From an uncultured delta proteobacterium (lineage in GTDB: Bacteria; Desulfobacterota; Desulfomonilia; UBA1062), in NCBI GenBank assembly GCA_963752595.1, contig CAVVYZ010000005.1, positions 64,001 through 128,000 of the forward strand: DNA of 64,000 nucleotides, in the 5' to 3' direction. A model generated the notes under the pieces. The model searched no databases. It was given only the letters and a program-made list of their open reading frames with translations, and was not told where the DNA came from. Below, piece after piece: positions 62,805-64,000 of this stretch. Position 1 is the stretch's first letter. Each line of letters starts with the position of its first letter. A program made the translations under genes and the position numbers.

Positions 62805-63123
62805 GAAACAAAGGTTTAGCCGATCAGTGCCGGGGACCTTCCGATGAGCTCTTTCATATCTTCGCTCGTTCCCTTGCCCACATGAACGAGAAAGGATGCG
62901 ATGCTCAAGTTCGCACGGACCTGGGATAGCTTCACTTCCTTCCGGAACCGGTCTGAATCGGCTTTATGCATTGCCGCAAGATAGGTCTCGATGAACTCCT
63001 CTTCCTCGTATTGCCTGATCACACCGGTATAATCCCTGAACTGGTTCTTGAACCGGGAAATGCTGATCCCATCAAAGCAAAAGGCTCCGCATGCTCATGC
63101 AGGGGAGATCTCGGAGTGGGGCC

Positions 63124-64000
63124 TTACTCGGTTCCGGTCCTCAGGACGAACTCGCCTTCATACATCCCCTCGATTGCATCGGCATAGTCGTTGAGGATGG
63201 CCTTTTTCCTGGTCTTCTGCGTGGGGGTGAGCCGGCCGTTTTCTTCCGTGAAACGGACTTTAAGGATGGTATATTTCCGTATCTGCTCGAAATCTTCCAG
63301 CATGCTGTTGGCAGATGCCACATCCTGCTCGATGAGCTCTCTGAGCCTCGGATGGTTTACAAAATCCTCGCCTGCTTCTACACAGACGCGCATGCCGCCG
63401 ATTTCCGAGTGCCGGAGCCCGTTCTTGTCATACGGGATGTTCTCGCGGTCGAAGAGATCGATGAAGTAATCCAGATTCGGAACGATCAGTGCCGAGATAT
63501 AGTTGCGCTCATCGCCTATGAAAAAGGCCTGCTCGATGACATGGGACAGGGAGAAGCGGTTTTCGAGCTTTGCCGGCGCGATGTTCTTGCCTGTGGCGGT
63601 ACAGATGATCGCCTTTTTACGGTCTATGATGCGGTAGTAGCCGTAATCGTCCTTTTTCACCACATCGCCTGTCTTGAACCAGCCGTCTTCGGTGAACGAT
63701 TCTTTCGAATTTTCGGCAACGTTGAGATATCCGCCGAATATTCCCGCCCCGGATATTTCGAGCTCGCCGTCGGGAGCCACCCGTGCAAACGATCCGTTTG
63801 CCTCGATTCCCATATAGCCCGGCTTGCATGCGGTGAGCGGATTCAGGATGCACGCGCTTGCACTCTCGGTTGAGCCGTAGCCTTCCATCACGGCAAGGCC
63901 CAGGGTGTAGAAAAACCTGAGCAGGTCGGGCGCAATGCCCGCACTCGCGGAAAAGGCAAATCGGAACCGGTTGCCGAAGAGCGCCCTCACCTGGGAAAAG
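63124..64000 (-). CDS. Long-chain acyl-CoA ligase (5' part outside window)
   Basis: EGYGSTE, WFKTGD, DRKK..GKNIAP, LTPTQK. Confidence 0.9.
   Translation of the reverse strand, partial: FSQVRALFGNRFRFAFSASAGIAPDLLRFFYTLGLAVMEGYGSTESASACILNPLTACKPGYMGIEANGSFARVAPDGELEISGAGIFGGYLNVAENSKESFTEDGWFKTGDVVKKDDYGYYRIIDRKKAIICTATGKNIAPAKLENRFSLSHVIEQAFFIGDERNYISALIVPNLDYFIDLFDRENIPYDKNGLRHSEIGGMRVCVEAGEDFVNHPRLRELIEQDVASANSMLEDFEQIRKYTILKVRFTEENGRLTPTQKTRKKAILNDYADAIEGMYEGEFVLRTGTE

Noticed and set aside
62816-63110. Short minus-strand ORF with an in-frame TGA before ACGAFC, considered as a selenoprotein
   Set aside because: No clear start, SECIS or family motif; cannot be supported.
1-64000. rRNA, tRNA, CRISPR-cas, prophage or intI genes
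   Set aside because: None recognised by eye; tRNAscan/Infernal were not run.

Overview
Chromosomal segment of a GC-rich anaerobic bacterium; gene content resembles Desulfobacterota/syntroph-like deltaproteobacteria (inferred, not verified). Most of it is lipid/fatty-acid catabolism and energy metabolism: aldehyde ferredoxin oxidoreductase, three acyl-CoA dehydrogenases, two long-chain acyl-CoA ligases, thiolase, enoyl-CoA hydratase/3-hydroxyacyl-CoA dehydrogenase, two acetoacetate-decarboxylase-like proteins and a group 3b [NiFe] sulfhydrogenase operon. It also holds an RND pump, a two-component system, an orphan atpE/atpZ-like locus, ribosomal protein Thx and Hsp33. The stand-out accessory region is ~36.9-42.8 kb. 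An IS256 copy with an 8-bp target duplication and IS debris precede an integrase-less integron cassette array (CALIN-like) bracketed by two identical 147-bp IS1182-type MITEs. Its three cassettes all look defence-related: an AbiGi/DUF2971-like ART-fold protein, a two-gene CBASS (SMODS-AGS-C cyclase + SLATT effector) and an unusual Zn-finger/coiled-coil/HNH/WYL fusion nuclease. Several frameshifts (26.5-28.2 kb, 54.4, 57.0, 61.25 kb) look like long-read indel errors. All family assignments come from motif recognition by eye, with no database searches.
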